Origin: an uncultured Lachnospiraceae bacterium
GTDB taxonomy: Bacteria; Bacillota; Clostridia; Lachnospirales; Lachnospiraceae
Length of the DNA: 64,000 bases
Direction of reading: 5' to 3'
NCBI GenBank assembly: GCA_910576895.1
Contig: CAJTJZ010000007.1
Span: forward strand, 6,700-70,699
This document shows, piece by piece, positions 27,041-37,050 of this stretch. How positions within the stretch are numbered: position 1 is the stretch's first letter; the number at the start of each line of letters is the position of its first letter. The notes under the pieces are model-generated. The model was not told the DNA's origin. It made no database searches and worked only from the letters and a program-made list of their open reading frames with translations. The position numbers were made by a program, and so were the translations under genes.

Positions 27041-27787
27041 ATGTTATCAGAACAAAGGCATGAAATAATTTTAAGACTGTTGGAGGAAAAAAGAAGCATT
27101 ACAGTCATAGAATTGACAAAACTTCTAAATATTTCTGAATCAACAGCTAGAAGAGATATTACCATATTAGATAAAGCTGGAAAATTAGTGAAAGTATTTG
27201 GAGGTGCAATATGTTCCGATAATGTCTATTTATCGGCAGAACCAACAGTAGCACAAAAAACAGAAATTAATAAAGAAGAAAAGAAAAAAATTGCAAGATA
27301 TGCGGTTTCTTTTATTAGACCACATGATTTTATTTATCTTGATGCAGGAACAACAACAGGATATATGATTGATTTTCTTCAAGAAAAAAATATTACTGTT
27401 GTAACAAATGCAGTTGCACATGCACAAAGACTAGCAACAGTGGGGATTCATGTGCTTTTAGTCGGTGGAACGCTAAAAGGATCAACAGAAGCCATTGTAG
27501 GAACAACCACAGTATTGATGTTAAAAGACTATCATTTTAGTAAAGGTTTTTTTGGAACAAATGGTGTTAGTAAAAAAGCAGGGTTTACTACACCAGATGA
27601 TAGTGAAGCATTAGTGAAAAAAACAGCATTAGAACAATGTAAAAAATCATATATCCTTTGTGATTATAGTAAATTTAATATTGTTAGTTCCGTAGAATTT
27701 GCACCTTTAACGGCAGGAACGATTATAACAGATAGAGAAATAGAGGATTTTAAAGAGATTGCTGATATCATTTTCTGTCCAGTGTAA
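27041..27787 (+). CDS. DeoR/GlpR-family transcriptional regulator (probable fructose operon repressor)
   Basis: N-terminal HTH ELTKLLNISESTARRDITILDKAGKL, a C-terminal DeoR sugar-phosphate-binding fold, and position as the last gene of the fru/pts cluster. Confidence 0.85.
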   Translation: MLSEQRHEIILRLLEEKRSITVIELTKLLNISESTARRDITILDKAGKLVKVFGGAICSDNVYLSAEPTVAQKTEINKEEKKKIARYAVSFIRPHDFIYLDAGTTTGYMIDFLQEKNITVVTNAVAHAQRLATVGIHVLLVGGTLKGSTEAIVGTTTVLMLKDYHFSKGFFGTNGVSKKAGFTTPDDSEALVKKTALEQCKKSYILCDYSKFNIVSSVEFAPLTAGTIITDREIEDFKEIADIIFCPV

Positions 27788-27938
27788 ATATACTACGAAT
27801 AAAAAAGTATCCCCATAAAGTAGAGAAAGTTTATATTTTATGGGGATATTTTTCTTTACAAAGTTTGAGAATTTAGGTATAATCAAAAGAAAGAGAAAAA
27901 AAGAAAAATGATCATTCATTTTTTTAAGGGGGATTTTT

Positions 27939-28439
27939 ATGACATTACAAGCAATAGGTACATCTTCCTATTTTCCAAATAATTATACTACAGGTAATGC
28001 ACAACAGCAAAAAGATCAAATAGAACCTGCTACAAATCCAGAGGAAATAAAAAAGCCCGGAAGAGCTTCTTCCCCAGAAGAATGCCAAACTTGCAAGGAA
28101 CGAAAATATCAAGATGGTTCTAATGAAGGAAATGTTTCCTTTAAGTCTGCTGCCCATATTTCAAGAAATGCTGCTGGTGCTGTAGTTCGTGCCCATGAGG
28201 GGGAACATGTAGCGAATGCTTATGCTAAGGCAGAAAAAAATAATGGAAAAGTAATTAATGCTTCTGTTTCTATCCATACGGCTGTTTGCCCAGAATGTGG
28301 ACGTACTTATGTTTCTGGAGGAACTACGAATACTACAATTAAATATAGTAGTGAAACAAATACAAATCCTTATGAACAAGATCAAAAAGCAAAAGATAGT
28401 GCTAGTTTGCTTGGTGCTAATCGTGATTTTCTTTTCTGA
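27939..28439 (+). CDS. SprA-related / putative HExxH metalloprotein, uncharacterised family
   Basis: ECQTCKERKYQDGS...VRAHEGEHV...CPECGRTYVSGG. The motif arrangement resembles SprA-related (putative metalloprotease CJM1_0395-like) proteins as I remember them. Confidence 0.4.
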   Translation: MTLQAIGTSSYFPNNYTTGNAQQQKDQIEPATNPEEIKKPGRASSPEECQTCKERKYQDGSNEGNVSFKSAAHISRNAAGAVVRAHEGEHVANAYAKAEKNNGKVINASVSIHTAVCPECGRTYVSGGTTNTTIKYSSETNTNPYEQDQKAKDSASLLGANRDFLF

Positions 28440-28521
28440 TTTTATAATATCGAAAAAAAAGAATATAATTATGATATGATTTATTTAATATTATTTTATA
28501 TAGAAGAAAGGAAGGAACGCT

Positions 28522-28866
28522 ATGCCATTTATTAATGCAAAAGTAACAGTAAAAATGAGTGAGGAAAAGAAGGAAACAATAAAAGAAAAACTTGGAAAAG
28601 CAATTTCTACAATTCCGGGAAAGTCGGAAAGCTGGCTAATGGTTGGCTTTGAGGATTCTTATGATTTATATTTTCAGGGAAATAAAAATGCAGAAAGTGC
28701 TTTTATTGAAGTGAAAGTATTTGGTGGAGCATCTTCTAGTGTTTATAATAAAATGACAGGGCAGCTTTGTAGTATTTTTGAAGAAGAACTTGGAATTCCT
28801 GCCAATCGAATTTATATAAAATACGAGGCAGTTGCTGATTGGGGCTGGAATGGAAGCAATCTTTAA
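28522..28866 (+). CDS. Tautomerase-superfamily protein (MIF/PptA-like)
   Basis: Pro-1 follows the initiator Met (MPFINAKV), the length is 114 aa, and the pattern is beta-alpha-beta. Confidence 0.65.
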   Translation: MPFINAKVTVKMSEEKKETIKEKLGKAISTIPGKSESWLMVGFEDSYDLYFQGNKNAESAFIEVKVFGGASSSVYNKMTGQLCSIFEEELGIPANRIYIKYEAVADWGWNGSNL

Positions 28867-28923
28867 TAAGCACAGATTTGCTATTCTTTGATGTAATCAT
28901 TTATTATATATACAAAAAAATAA

Positions 28924-28968
28924 AAATACTGTTGTTAATTTATAGCAGTATTTTTGTTTTTTTATTGG
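28924..28968 (+). terminator. Rho-independent terminator
   Basis: AAATACTG-loop-CAGTATTT followed by TTGTTTTTTT. Confidence 0.6.
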
Positions 28969-29123
28969 AAAATTTTATCAGATCCTAGAAATTTATGGAT
29001 TCCTTACGGAAATGACAAATTTTTGTTACATTTCGCTCATAATATAATACGGAATTTAATTATATTTATTATATAGAAAAGATAGAATAAAAGCAGGCAA
29101 GCTTAGGAAGGAAGAAAGAAGAC

Positions 29124-32100
29124 GTGGCGGTATTTAAGATGGATTTAGAACAGAGAAGAAAAAGAGAAGAAAAAGGAAAGAGAAATATAGGAAATAAGCT
29201 TTGCTTTATGGTATTGTTTCTTTTTTTTGTATGTACAGGAAAGACGGTATATGCAGCAGAAGCAACACTGCGAATTATTTCAACAACTGATTTGCATAAT
29301 CAATTATCTGTAGAATATTATGATAATGCAGGAGAAAAGTCAAAAGGAAGTCTGGCAAAAGTATCTACCTTAATTAAAGAAGCACGTGCTTCTTTAGTAA
29401 CAGGAAGTTCCGTTACAGTAGATGTAGGTGATACTATTTATGGCTATGGTAGTGACTATATTTATGAAAATGATAATGACGCTGTACAGCCAATGTATGC
29501 AGCTATGAAAGAAATTGGATATGATGCGATTACATTAGGAAATCATGATTTTGATTATGGTGTTCCTTATATTAAGAAACAGATAGAAAAATCAGGATTT
29601 TATAATATTTGTACTGTGGCAAATGTATTTGATGCAGTTACAAAAAAAAGAACATGGAAAAATTATATTATGGTAACAAAACAATGTCTTGCTACCGATG
29701 GAAATTCTTATCCAGTAGATATTGCAATTATTGGTGTAACACGTCCTGCACTGTCCAATTACAGTACCCATACAGGAGAACTGACAACAGAAGATATGGT
29801 GGAACAGACAAAGGAGCAAGCGAAACTTGCAAAAGAAAATGGTGCAGATGTTGTTCTTGTGATTGCACATACTGGGATTGGTTCAGAAAATCCAGAACCT
29901 TTTAGTGAAAATATGGGATATGCCTTAGCAGGGCTTTCTGATGTAGATGCTGTTATGTGTGGACATCTTCATGAGAATTTTCCATCAACAAGTAATAATT
30001 CCGCAAAATATTATGATCTTGCAGATGTAGATGAAAAGACAGGATTGATGAGAAATAAGCCTGTAATTATGATTCAAGATAGGGGTCGTGGGATTGGTGT
30101 TGCTGATTTAACTTTAAAGATAGCGAAAGATGGGGCTGTTAATGTTGCAGGAGCAACAAGTTCTAAAATTGTTTATTGTAATAAGAATACACAAGAAGAT
30201 CCTGCTATTTTAAAATATAAATCATTATTTGATGAAAAAATTAAGAATACTTATAAAGAAAGTTTTGTAACATTAGAAGATGGAGAAAATATTCAAAATT
30301 ATTTTGGTTATTTGGAGGATAATGCTGCTATTCAACTGAATAATGAATGTAAAATCAGAGAGGGTTTGATGTTTCAAGCAGAACGGGATAATGCTTATAA
30401 ATCCTATCCTATTATTGCCGCAAGTAATTATAAAAAGACAGGTTCAGAAGGAATTGATGATTATGTTACAATTAATGGTTTTTTAACGATGAAAGATCTT
30501 TTGGGAATACAAACATATAATCGTGATTATCTTATGATTTATCGTATTTCTGGTACACAATTAAAAGAATGGTTGGAATGGATTGCCAGTATTTATGGAT
30601 ATTGGGATAATGCAGCTTCTTTTTCTGATACTTCCATGCAAAGCATTTTATCAAGTAGAGGATTACAGTCACTACAATCTTCTTTATGGATTGAGGATTG
30701 GAAAAATTTTACTGTTTTTGATGGCGTTGAGTATGAATTTAATATGTCAAATGCTCCAAAATATAACCGTTATGGGGAAGTTATGAATGCTTCTTCTAGT
30801 CGTGTATCAAAACTTACGTATAATGGACAGGCAGTAGCAGATGATATGCAGTTTTTACTTGTAATAGAAAGAAACCTTATTTATAATAATCCTGTGGTTG
30901 GTGCTGAAATTTTAAATCAGAGAGTGAAAAATACACGTACTTATTTTGTAAATGATTTAAAGGATTATGTCGTAGAATTAGATAAGTTTGGAAAATTAAA
31001 GCCATCTTGTGATAATAACTGGAATGTTACTATGAATGCAGGGGACAATTACTTAATTCGTTCTACGATTAATTCAAAAGAAGTGGCAAAAGAGAAAAGC
31101 TGGTATAAAGAGATATTAGCAGAAACAGCAGAATTTGTTTATTATCAAGCAAAATTTGATGGAATGGCACAAGCAGATACTTCTGGACCAACGCTTGTGA
31201 TTGGCTCTACAAATAAGATAAAGACAAATCGTGATATTTTTATTGCTGTACAGGCAACGGATAAATCTGGTATTGCTTCTTTACAATATGCAAAGGGAGA
31301 GTATAGTGCAGGAGATAGCATTTGGAATTTTGGCAGTGCAGGAACAATTTCTGGTTCAGGTTTTTCAGTTACAGAAAATGGAACATATTCTGTTATGGCA
31401 AGAGATACACAAGGAAATGCTACTGTAAAATATATTACAATTAATAATTTGGATAAAACTATTTTGCAAGTACCAGAATTGGAATCTTATACAAATAAGA
31501 AAAGCGGTATTTCAGGATATGCAGAACCGCTTGCGACTGTTTATGTAGAACTTGGTGATGTAACTTATACAACAGTAGTGGCAGATACTGGCACTTTTTT
31601 CTGTGAACTTCCTCATCAGGATTCTGGCACAAAACTTTCTGTTTATGTCATGGATGACAGTGGCCGTCGTAGTGATAAAGTGGAAGTTGTAACAGGACAT
31701 ACAGGGCCAAATTATCCAAGTGTAGAAGGATTAGATAATAAATCAAAATATATTACAGGGCAATTAAATAATGAATCATATTGTCAAATTTTTGCAGTGA
31801 TTGGCACAAAGGTTTATGTTAGTAAAAATGGTGGTAAGGAAGCATATATTGCATCTACCAAATATAGCACTTCCAAAACGATTGTAGAAACAGCATATAA
31901 AGAAACAAATGGCAGCTTTAGTTTAAAGGTTGCAGTACAGAATGCAAATAAAGATGTGAAAGTATTTGCTGTAGATACGATTGGACGTGTTAGTGCAGTA
32001 AATAATTTTAAAGTAGAAGAAGTAGCACCAAATAAACCAACGATTTATAAGGTTTCTGATGCAGAACAGGTAGTTTATGGAAAAATTTCAAGTCCTGTTT

Positions 32101-33119
32101 CTGGCAGTGCTTATACAATAGATATGCAAGTAGATGCACAAACGTATACGTATGATATGATTTCTGATCAAAATGGATATTTTGAAATACCAGTAGAGAA
32201 TTTGCAGGAAGGAATGGAGGTTTCCGTAACAGTATCCGATACTGTAGAAGGACAAGTGCGTACTAGTGCAAAGACAACAACGGAAGTAGTGACTTGTGCA
32301 AGTTATGCAGGTGTTTATGGCTATATTGATTTTGATGAAGTAACAGATAAAACAACAGCATTAACAGGACGAATCCTGCAATCTGGCTATGAAAAAGTGT
32401 TTATTAAATTAAATGAACAGCATTATACCTTACCATTAGATGAAAATAGACAATTCCGCCTTGATTTAGAGCAGCAGCTTACTCCGGGAACAAAAATTTA
32501 TGCTGTACTTCGTGAAAATCAAGGAAAGCTGACAGATACAGCAATTATTTCTGTAGAAAAAGCACCAGCATTACAGCCAACCGTATTAACAGCATTTATT
32601 TATAATACAACAAAGACGGTACAGATTGTTAGTGAGGAAGATTGTACTGCCTATGTAAAAATTGGTGATCAAACCTTCACTTGTGATACACCAAAAGAAG
32701 ATGAATTTTATGGCGGATATGTATATAATGTAAAAGTAAAAAATATTTCTGCAAGAGAAGATATTGTAATCTATATGTTGAATGATGCTGGAAAGAGTAA
32801 GCAGGTATTTGGCACAGTAAAGGGGAAAAAACCAGAAATTCGTTCTCTAAAAAAGATTACATACAAGCAGAAAAAATTAGAAGGACGTGTAGGGCTTTAT
32901 TTATCACCAGATTCTGAAGCAAAAAATGTAACAGCAAAAACAACAAATACAAAAGTTTATGCAAAAACTGGCGGAAAACAATATGTTGGAACAGTAAAGA
33001 AGGACGGAAAATTTAAGATTAAATTCCCAGCAAAAATGAAGTCAGGAAAGAAAATTAAGGTATGGGCAGTTAATGACTTTGGTGGCAAGGGAAAAGTAGT
33101 CATTACGACAGTAAAATAA
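29124..33119 (+). CDS. Secreted metallophosphoesterase/5'-nucleotidase (CpdB-like) fused to multiple Ig-like repeats
   Basis: Signal/TM LCFMVLFLFFVCTGKTVYA. Phosphoesterase motifs TTDLHN, GDTIYG, GNHDFDYG, AHTG and GHLHENF. A 5'-nucleotidase C-domain is followed by at least 6 Ig-like modules of about 75-90 aa. No LPXTG or TM anchor at the C-terminus. The start could be GTG 29124 or ATG 29139. Confidence 0.8.
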   Translation: MAVFKMDLEQRRKREEKGKRNIGNKLCFMVLFLFFVCTGKTVYAAEATLRIISTTDLHNQLSVEYYDNAGEKSKGSLAKVSTLIKEARASLVTGSSVTVDVGDTIYGYGSDYIYENDNDAVQPMYAAMKEIGYDAITLGNHDFDYGVPYIKKQIEKSGFYNICTVANVFDAVTKKRTWKNYIMVTKQCLATDGNSYPVDIAIIGVTRPALSNYSTHTGELTTEDMVEQTKEQAKLAKENGADVVLVIAHTGIGSENPEPFSENMGYALAGLSDVDAVMCGHLHENFPSTSNNSAKYYDLADVDEKTGLMRNKPVIMIQDRGRGIGVADLTLKIAKDGAVNVAGATSSKIVYCNKNTQEDPAILKYKSLFDEKIKNTYKESFVTLEDGENIQNYFGYLEDNAAIQLNNECKIREGLMFQAERDNAYKSYPIIAASNYKKTGSEGIDDYVTINGFLTMKDLLGIQTYNRDYLMIYRISGTQLKEWLEWIASIYGYWDNAASFSDTSMQSILSSRGLQSLQSSLWIEDWKNFTVFDGVEYEFNMSNAPKYNRYGEVMNASSSRVSKLTYNGQAVADDMQFLLVIERNLIYNNPVVGAEILNQRVKNTRTYFVNDLKDYVVELDKFGKLKPSCDNNWNVTMNAGDNYLIRSTINSKEVAKEKSWYKEILAETAEFVYYQAKFDGMAQADTSGPTLVIGSTNKIKTNRDIFIAVQATDKSGIASLQYAKGEYSAGDSIWNFGSAGTISGSGFSVTENGTYSVMARDTQGNATVKYITINNLDKTILQVPELESYTNKKSGISGYAEPLATVYVELGDVTYTTVVADTGTFFCELPHQDSGTKLSVYVMDDSGRRSDKVEVVTGHTGPNYPSVEGLDNKSKYITGQLNNESYCQIFAVIGTKVYVSKNGGKEAYIASTKYSTSKTIVETAYKETNGSFSLKVAVQNANKDVKVFAVDTIGRVSAVNNFKVEEVAPNKPTIYKVSDAEQVVYGKISSPVSGSAYTIDMQVDAQTYTYDMISDQNGYFEIPVENLQEGMEVSVTVSDTVEGQVRTSAKTTTEVVTCASYAGVYGYIDFDEVTDKTTALTGRILQSGYEKVFIKLNEQHYTLPLDENRQFRLDLEQQLTPGTKIYAVLRENQGKLTDTAIISVEKAPALQPTVLTAFIYNTTKTVQIVSEEDCTAYVKIGDQTFTCDTPKEDEFYGGYVYNVKVKNISAREDIVIYMLNDAGKSKQVFGTVKGKKPEIRSLKKITYKQKKLEGRVGLYLSPDSEAKNVTAKTTNTKVYAKTGGKQYVGTVKKDGKFKIKFPAKMKSGKKIKVWAVNDFGGKGKVVITTVK

Positions 33120-33379
33120 TCAATATAGTAAAAATATAAAAAAGTATTTGTGAAGCTATGGAATTTATGATATAATAAATAAGGCATAAAATAATCATAA
33201 GAAATGGAAGCTTCTTAAAGACGTTATCACAAAATTATTAATAAATATAAAAAAGATGGATTATTTATTTAATGCCTATGATAGAAAATGATAGGTATGT
33301 ATTAAAAAATTTTATGGGAATGGCCGTAGGATGGACATTCCCATTTTTAAAATAATTAAGAAGAAAAGAGAGGGATAGT

Positions 33380-35776
33380 ATGCAAAAGGAATTAGAAAAG
33401 TGGATTAGTAAATTATGGATGTCAGAATTACTTTCAGGAAAATGTAAACGGCCGGGGAAATTTTTAGGAAAACATCGAATTGAGAATGGACAAGCAATTG
33501 TAACATATCGTCCATGTGCTTGGGGTGTGAAATTGATAGGAACACTAAAAAATGGAAAACAGTGTGAATCTTGGCTGGATCGCATTGGGGATTCCGATTT
33601 ATTTGGACGATATTTTGAAGGTGCTATTTTTGAAGAATATGAACTAGAATATCAATTTGGAGAGGATGATTATTATCGTACTATCGATCCTTATTGTTTT
33701 CCGGGACTTTTAACAGATGATGAGTTATATCTTTTTACGCAGGGAAAGAATTATCATATTTATGAAAAATTTGGGGCACATCCTATGACAATCTATGGTG
33801 TAGAAGGAACTTATTTTGCAGTTTGGGCACCAAATGCAAGGGCTGTACAGCTTGTTGGAGATTTTAACTTTTGGGATGGACGTATTCATCAGATGAATGA
33901 AGTGGAAAATTCTGGCGTATATGAATTATTTGTGCCAAATGCGAAAGAGGGGATGGCTTATAAATATCAAATTTTAACAGGAGATGGCGAATTTATTATG
34001 AAAGCTGATCCTTATGCAAATAGAGGAGAACTTCGCCCAAAAAATGCTTCGGTGATTGCAGATATTGAGCATTATCCATGGACAGATCAGGAATGGATAA
34101 GCAATCGACAAAAGGAAAATCGGGATAGTTTACGAAAAAAACCAATGAGTATTTATGAAGTGCATCCCGGCTCTTGGAGAAAAGTGAGAGATGAGGAGGA
34201 AAATGGAGGACTTTCTTATCGGGAACTTGCTCATCAGCTTGCAGATTATGTGATTGAAATGGGATATACACATATTGAATTAATGGGAATTGCAGAACAT
34301 CCTTTTGATGGTTCTTGGGGATATCAAGTAACGGGATATTATGCACCAACAAGCCGTTATGGTACACCAAAGGACTTTATGTATTTTGTGGATTATATGC
34401 ATTCTCATGGAATTTCTGTTATTCTTGACTGGGTGCCAGCACATTTTCCAAAAGATGCTCATGGTTTAGCAAGATTTGATGGAAAGCCATTGTATGAGCA
34501 TCCAGATAAAAGACGTGGAGAACATCCGCATTGGGGTACTTACATATTTAATTATGAAAAAAAGGAAGTAGAAAATTTTATTATTGCAAATGCTTTTTTC
34601 TGGTTAGAAAAATATCATATTGATGGTTTAAGGGTAGATGCGGTTGCTTCTATGTTATATCTGGATTATGGTAAAAATGATGGGGAATGGCTGCCAAATG
34701 AATTTGGTGGTAAGGAAAATATTGGTGCAATGAATATGCTTAATCACTTAAATGGGGAATTAGAAAAACAAATTCCGGGGGCAATGATGATAGCAGAAGA
34801 ATCTACTTCTTGGGAAGGAGTGACAGCACCAGCGGGATTTGCAGGACTTGGATTTTTATATAAATGGAATATGGGATGGATGAATGATTTCTTATCTTAT
34901 ATTAGCCTTGATCCATATTTTAGAAAGTATCATCATGGGCAATTGACATTTAGTATGGTATATGCCTATAAAGAAAACTTTATTTTGGTACTTTCTCATG
35001 ATGAAGTAGTACATGGCAAACATTCTTTGATTAATAAAATGCCGGGTGAGTATGAGGATAAATTTGCTAATCTTAGAACAGCATATGCCTTTTTCTATGG
35101 ACATCCGGGGAAAAAGTTATTATTTATGGGACAAGAATTTGCACAGTTTGATGAATGGAGTGAAAAACATCAGCTTGATTGGAGACTTCTTGGTGAAACA
35201 AAAAATATGGAGATGCAGCGTTTTATAAAAGCATTAAATCATCTATATGTAAAATATGATGCTTTATATTATAATGATTATGAAGAAATTGGTTTTGAAT
35301 GGATGGGCTGTGATGATAGCGAAAGAAGTATTGTTTCTTTTGTAAGGCGTGGAAGTACAGAAAACAGGCAATTATTATTTGTATGTAATTTCACTCCAGT
35401 CGTAAGAGAAAATTATCGTTGTGGTGTTCCTTGCCTCGGATATTATCATGAAATATTAAATTCCGATCGAAGTGAATTTGGTGGGCATAATATTGTAAAT
35501 TTAGAACCAATTGATGCAGAACTTATATCATGTGATCATAGAGAGGCTTCTATTGAATTTACCTTGCCGGGACTTGCTGTTGTTGTATTTGAATATGATA
35601 GTAGAAAAGAAGTTGTGGAACAAGCAGAGAAACGTGCAGAGAAAAAACGAAAAGAAATGGAGATTTTGGAACAGAAACTTTTAGAGAAAAAGAAGTTAGA
35701 GGAGGAAAAAAAGCAGGAGGCTTCGGAAAATCAGAAAGATCAGAAGGGAGAAGATGCAAATGAGCTGCATTTTTGA
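33380..35776 (+). CDS. glgB: 1,4-alpha-glucan branching enzyme
   Basis: GH13 motifs DWVPAHF, GLRVDAVASM, AEESTSW and LSHDEV. It ends in an unusual Lys/Glu-rich tail of about 60 aa. Confidence 0.92.
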   Translation: MQKELEKWISKLWMSELLSGKCKRPGKFLGKHRIENGQAIVTYRPCAWGVKLIGTLKNGKQCESWLDRIGDSDLFGRYFEGAIFEEYELEYQFGEDDYYRTIDPYCFPGLLTDDELYLFTQGKNYHIYEKFGAHPMTIYGVEGTYFAVWAPNARAVQLVGDFNFWDGRIHQMNEVENSGVYELFVPNAKEGMAYKYQILTGDGEFIMKADPYANRGELRPKNASVIADIEHYPWTDQEWISNRQKENRDSLRKKPMSIYEVHPGSWRKVRDEEENGGLSYRELAHQLADYVIEMGYTHIELMGIAEHPFDGSWGYQVTGYYAPTSRYGTPKDFMYFVDYMHSHGISVILDWVPAHFPKDAHGLARFDGKPLYEHPDKRRGEHPHWGTYIFNYEKKEVENFIIANAFFWLEKYHIDGLRVDAVASMLYLDYGKNDGEWLPNEFGGKENIGAMNMLNHLNGELEKQIPGAMMIAEESTSWEGVTAPAGFAGLGFLYKWNMGWMNDFLSYISLDPYFRKYHHGQLTFSMVYAYKENFILVLSHDEVVHGKHSLINKMPGEYEDKFANLRTAYAFFYGHPGKKLLFMGQEFAQFDEWSEKHQLDWRLLGETKNMEMQRFIKALNHLYVKYDALYYNDYEEIGFEWMGCDDSERSIVSFVRRGSTENRQLLFVCNFTPVVRENYRCGVPCLGYYHEILNSDRSEFGGHNIVNLEPIDAELISCDHREASIEFTLPGLAVVVFEYDSRKEVVEQAEKRAEKKRKEMEILEQKLLEKKKLEEEKKQEASENQKDQKGEDANELHF

Positions 35777-35869
35777 AACATTTCTTGACATATTTCTTGA
35801 CATGGTAGAAATATTTTTTGATCTATTGATAAATAAAGGGAAAGTAAAACGAAAAAGAAAAGAAGGAAA

Positions 35870-36757
35870 ATGAAAAAGATAATTCGTGTTGGCAGCCGTG
35901 ACAGTCGCCTTGCTATTATTCAGGCAGAGCTTATTATGGCAAAGATAAAAAAAGCACATCCAGAGCTTGCCTTAGAACTTGTAACAATGAAAACAACAGG
36001 TGATAAAATTCTTGATAGACGTTTGGAAGATATTGGTGGAAAAGGATTATTTGTAAAAGAGCTGGATAGGGCACTTCTTGATGGCAGAATTGATATTTCT
36101 GTTCATAGTCTAAAAGATGTACCAATGGAAATTTCAAAAGAACTTCCATTGGTAGCGTTTTCAAAACGGGAAGATCCTAGAGATGCTGTAATTATAAAAA
36201 CAGAATATAGTGAAATAAAACTTGATGGCATTATGGGAACTTCAAGTAGAAGGCGTATCATTCAATTAAAACAACGATATCAGAAAATGAGATTTCAGAC
36301 AATTCGTGGAAATTTACAGACAAGACTACGAAAATTAGAGGAAGAATCTTTTGATCAGATTGTACTGGCAGCAGCAGGGCTAAAGCGGCTTAGAATGCAG
36401 GAGAAAATATTTCATATCTTTTCACCAGAAGAAATCATTCCTGCTGCTGGACAGGGAATTTTAGCAGTACAAACAAGAACAGGAAATAAAGTATCCTTTT
36501 TTCTTGATTGTATTAAAGATCAAAAATCGGAAATTGCTGCTCTTGCAGAAAGAAGTTTTGTAAAAGCATTACAAGGAGGATGTAGTTCTCCAATAGCTGC
36601 TTATGCACAAATAGCAGGAACGGAACTAAAACTACTTGGATTCTATGCTAAGGAAAAAGAAGAAACTTATAGAAAGGATAGTATTGTCGGTTCAATAGAA
36701 TGTGCAGAAAAAATAGGAGAAAAACTAGCAGAAAAAATCAGAAAAGATTTAAACTAA
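35870..36757 (+). CDS. hemC: Hydroxymethylbilane synthase (porphobilinogen deaminase)
   Basis: IRVGSRDSRLAIIQAE, GNLQTRLRKL, and the cofactor Cys in GGCSSPIAAYA. Confidence 0.92.
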   Translation: MKKIIRVGSRDSRLAIIQAELIMAKIKKAHPELALELVTMKTTGDKILDRRLEDIGGKGLFVKELDRALLDGRIDISVHSLKDVPMEISKELPLVAFSKREDPRDAVIIKTEYSEIKLDGIMGTSSRRRIIQLKQRYQKMRFQTIRGNLQTRLRKLEEESFDQIVLAAAGLKRLRMQEKIFHIFSPEEIIPAAGQGILAVQTRTGNKVSFFLDCIKDQKSEIAALAERSFVKALQGGCSSPIAAYAQIAGTELKLLGFYAKEKEETYRKDSIVGSIECAEKIGEKLAEKIRKDLN

Positions 36758-37050
36758 AATAGAAATAAATTTTAGTTTAGATTTTATTAAATAATATTTT
36801 TTATAGTTTTAATTTTGCTGTTTTTGATTAAAAATTGGGATAGATGATTGATGTCGATAACAAAAACAATAGATTCTTAGCACTTTGAAGTTGCATCATT
36901 CGAATAAATAGCACCTGTAGATTGGTTGCAGCCTGTCAGAGGAAATACTATACTGAATATACATTGCAGTGCAGGAAAATGAGAGAAGAATCAAAGGCAG
37001 ACAAATTTGCCCGGGCAAAAGAGTTTGTCTGGAAAGGTATAGGTATTTCT

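Noticed and set aside
35780-35803. Perfect 12-nt tandem duplication ATTTCTTGACAT x2 creating twin TTGACA boxes upstream of hemC.
   Set aside because: The duplication is real, but neither TTGACA has a convincing -10 hexamer at 16-18 nt, so I cannot support a promoter call. It is noted only as a curiosity.
35870-36757. hemC standing alone between glgB and an XRE regulator, possibly an orphan or relocated tetrapyrrole gene.
   Set aside because: The other hem/cbi genes may simply lie outside this window, so nothing in the sequence itself is abnormal.
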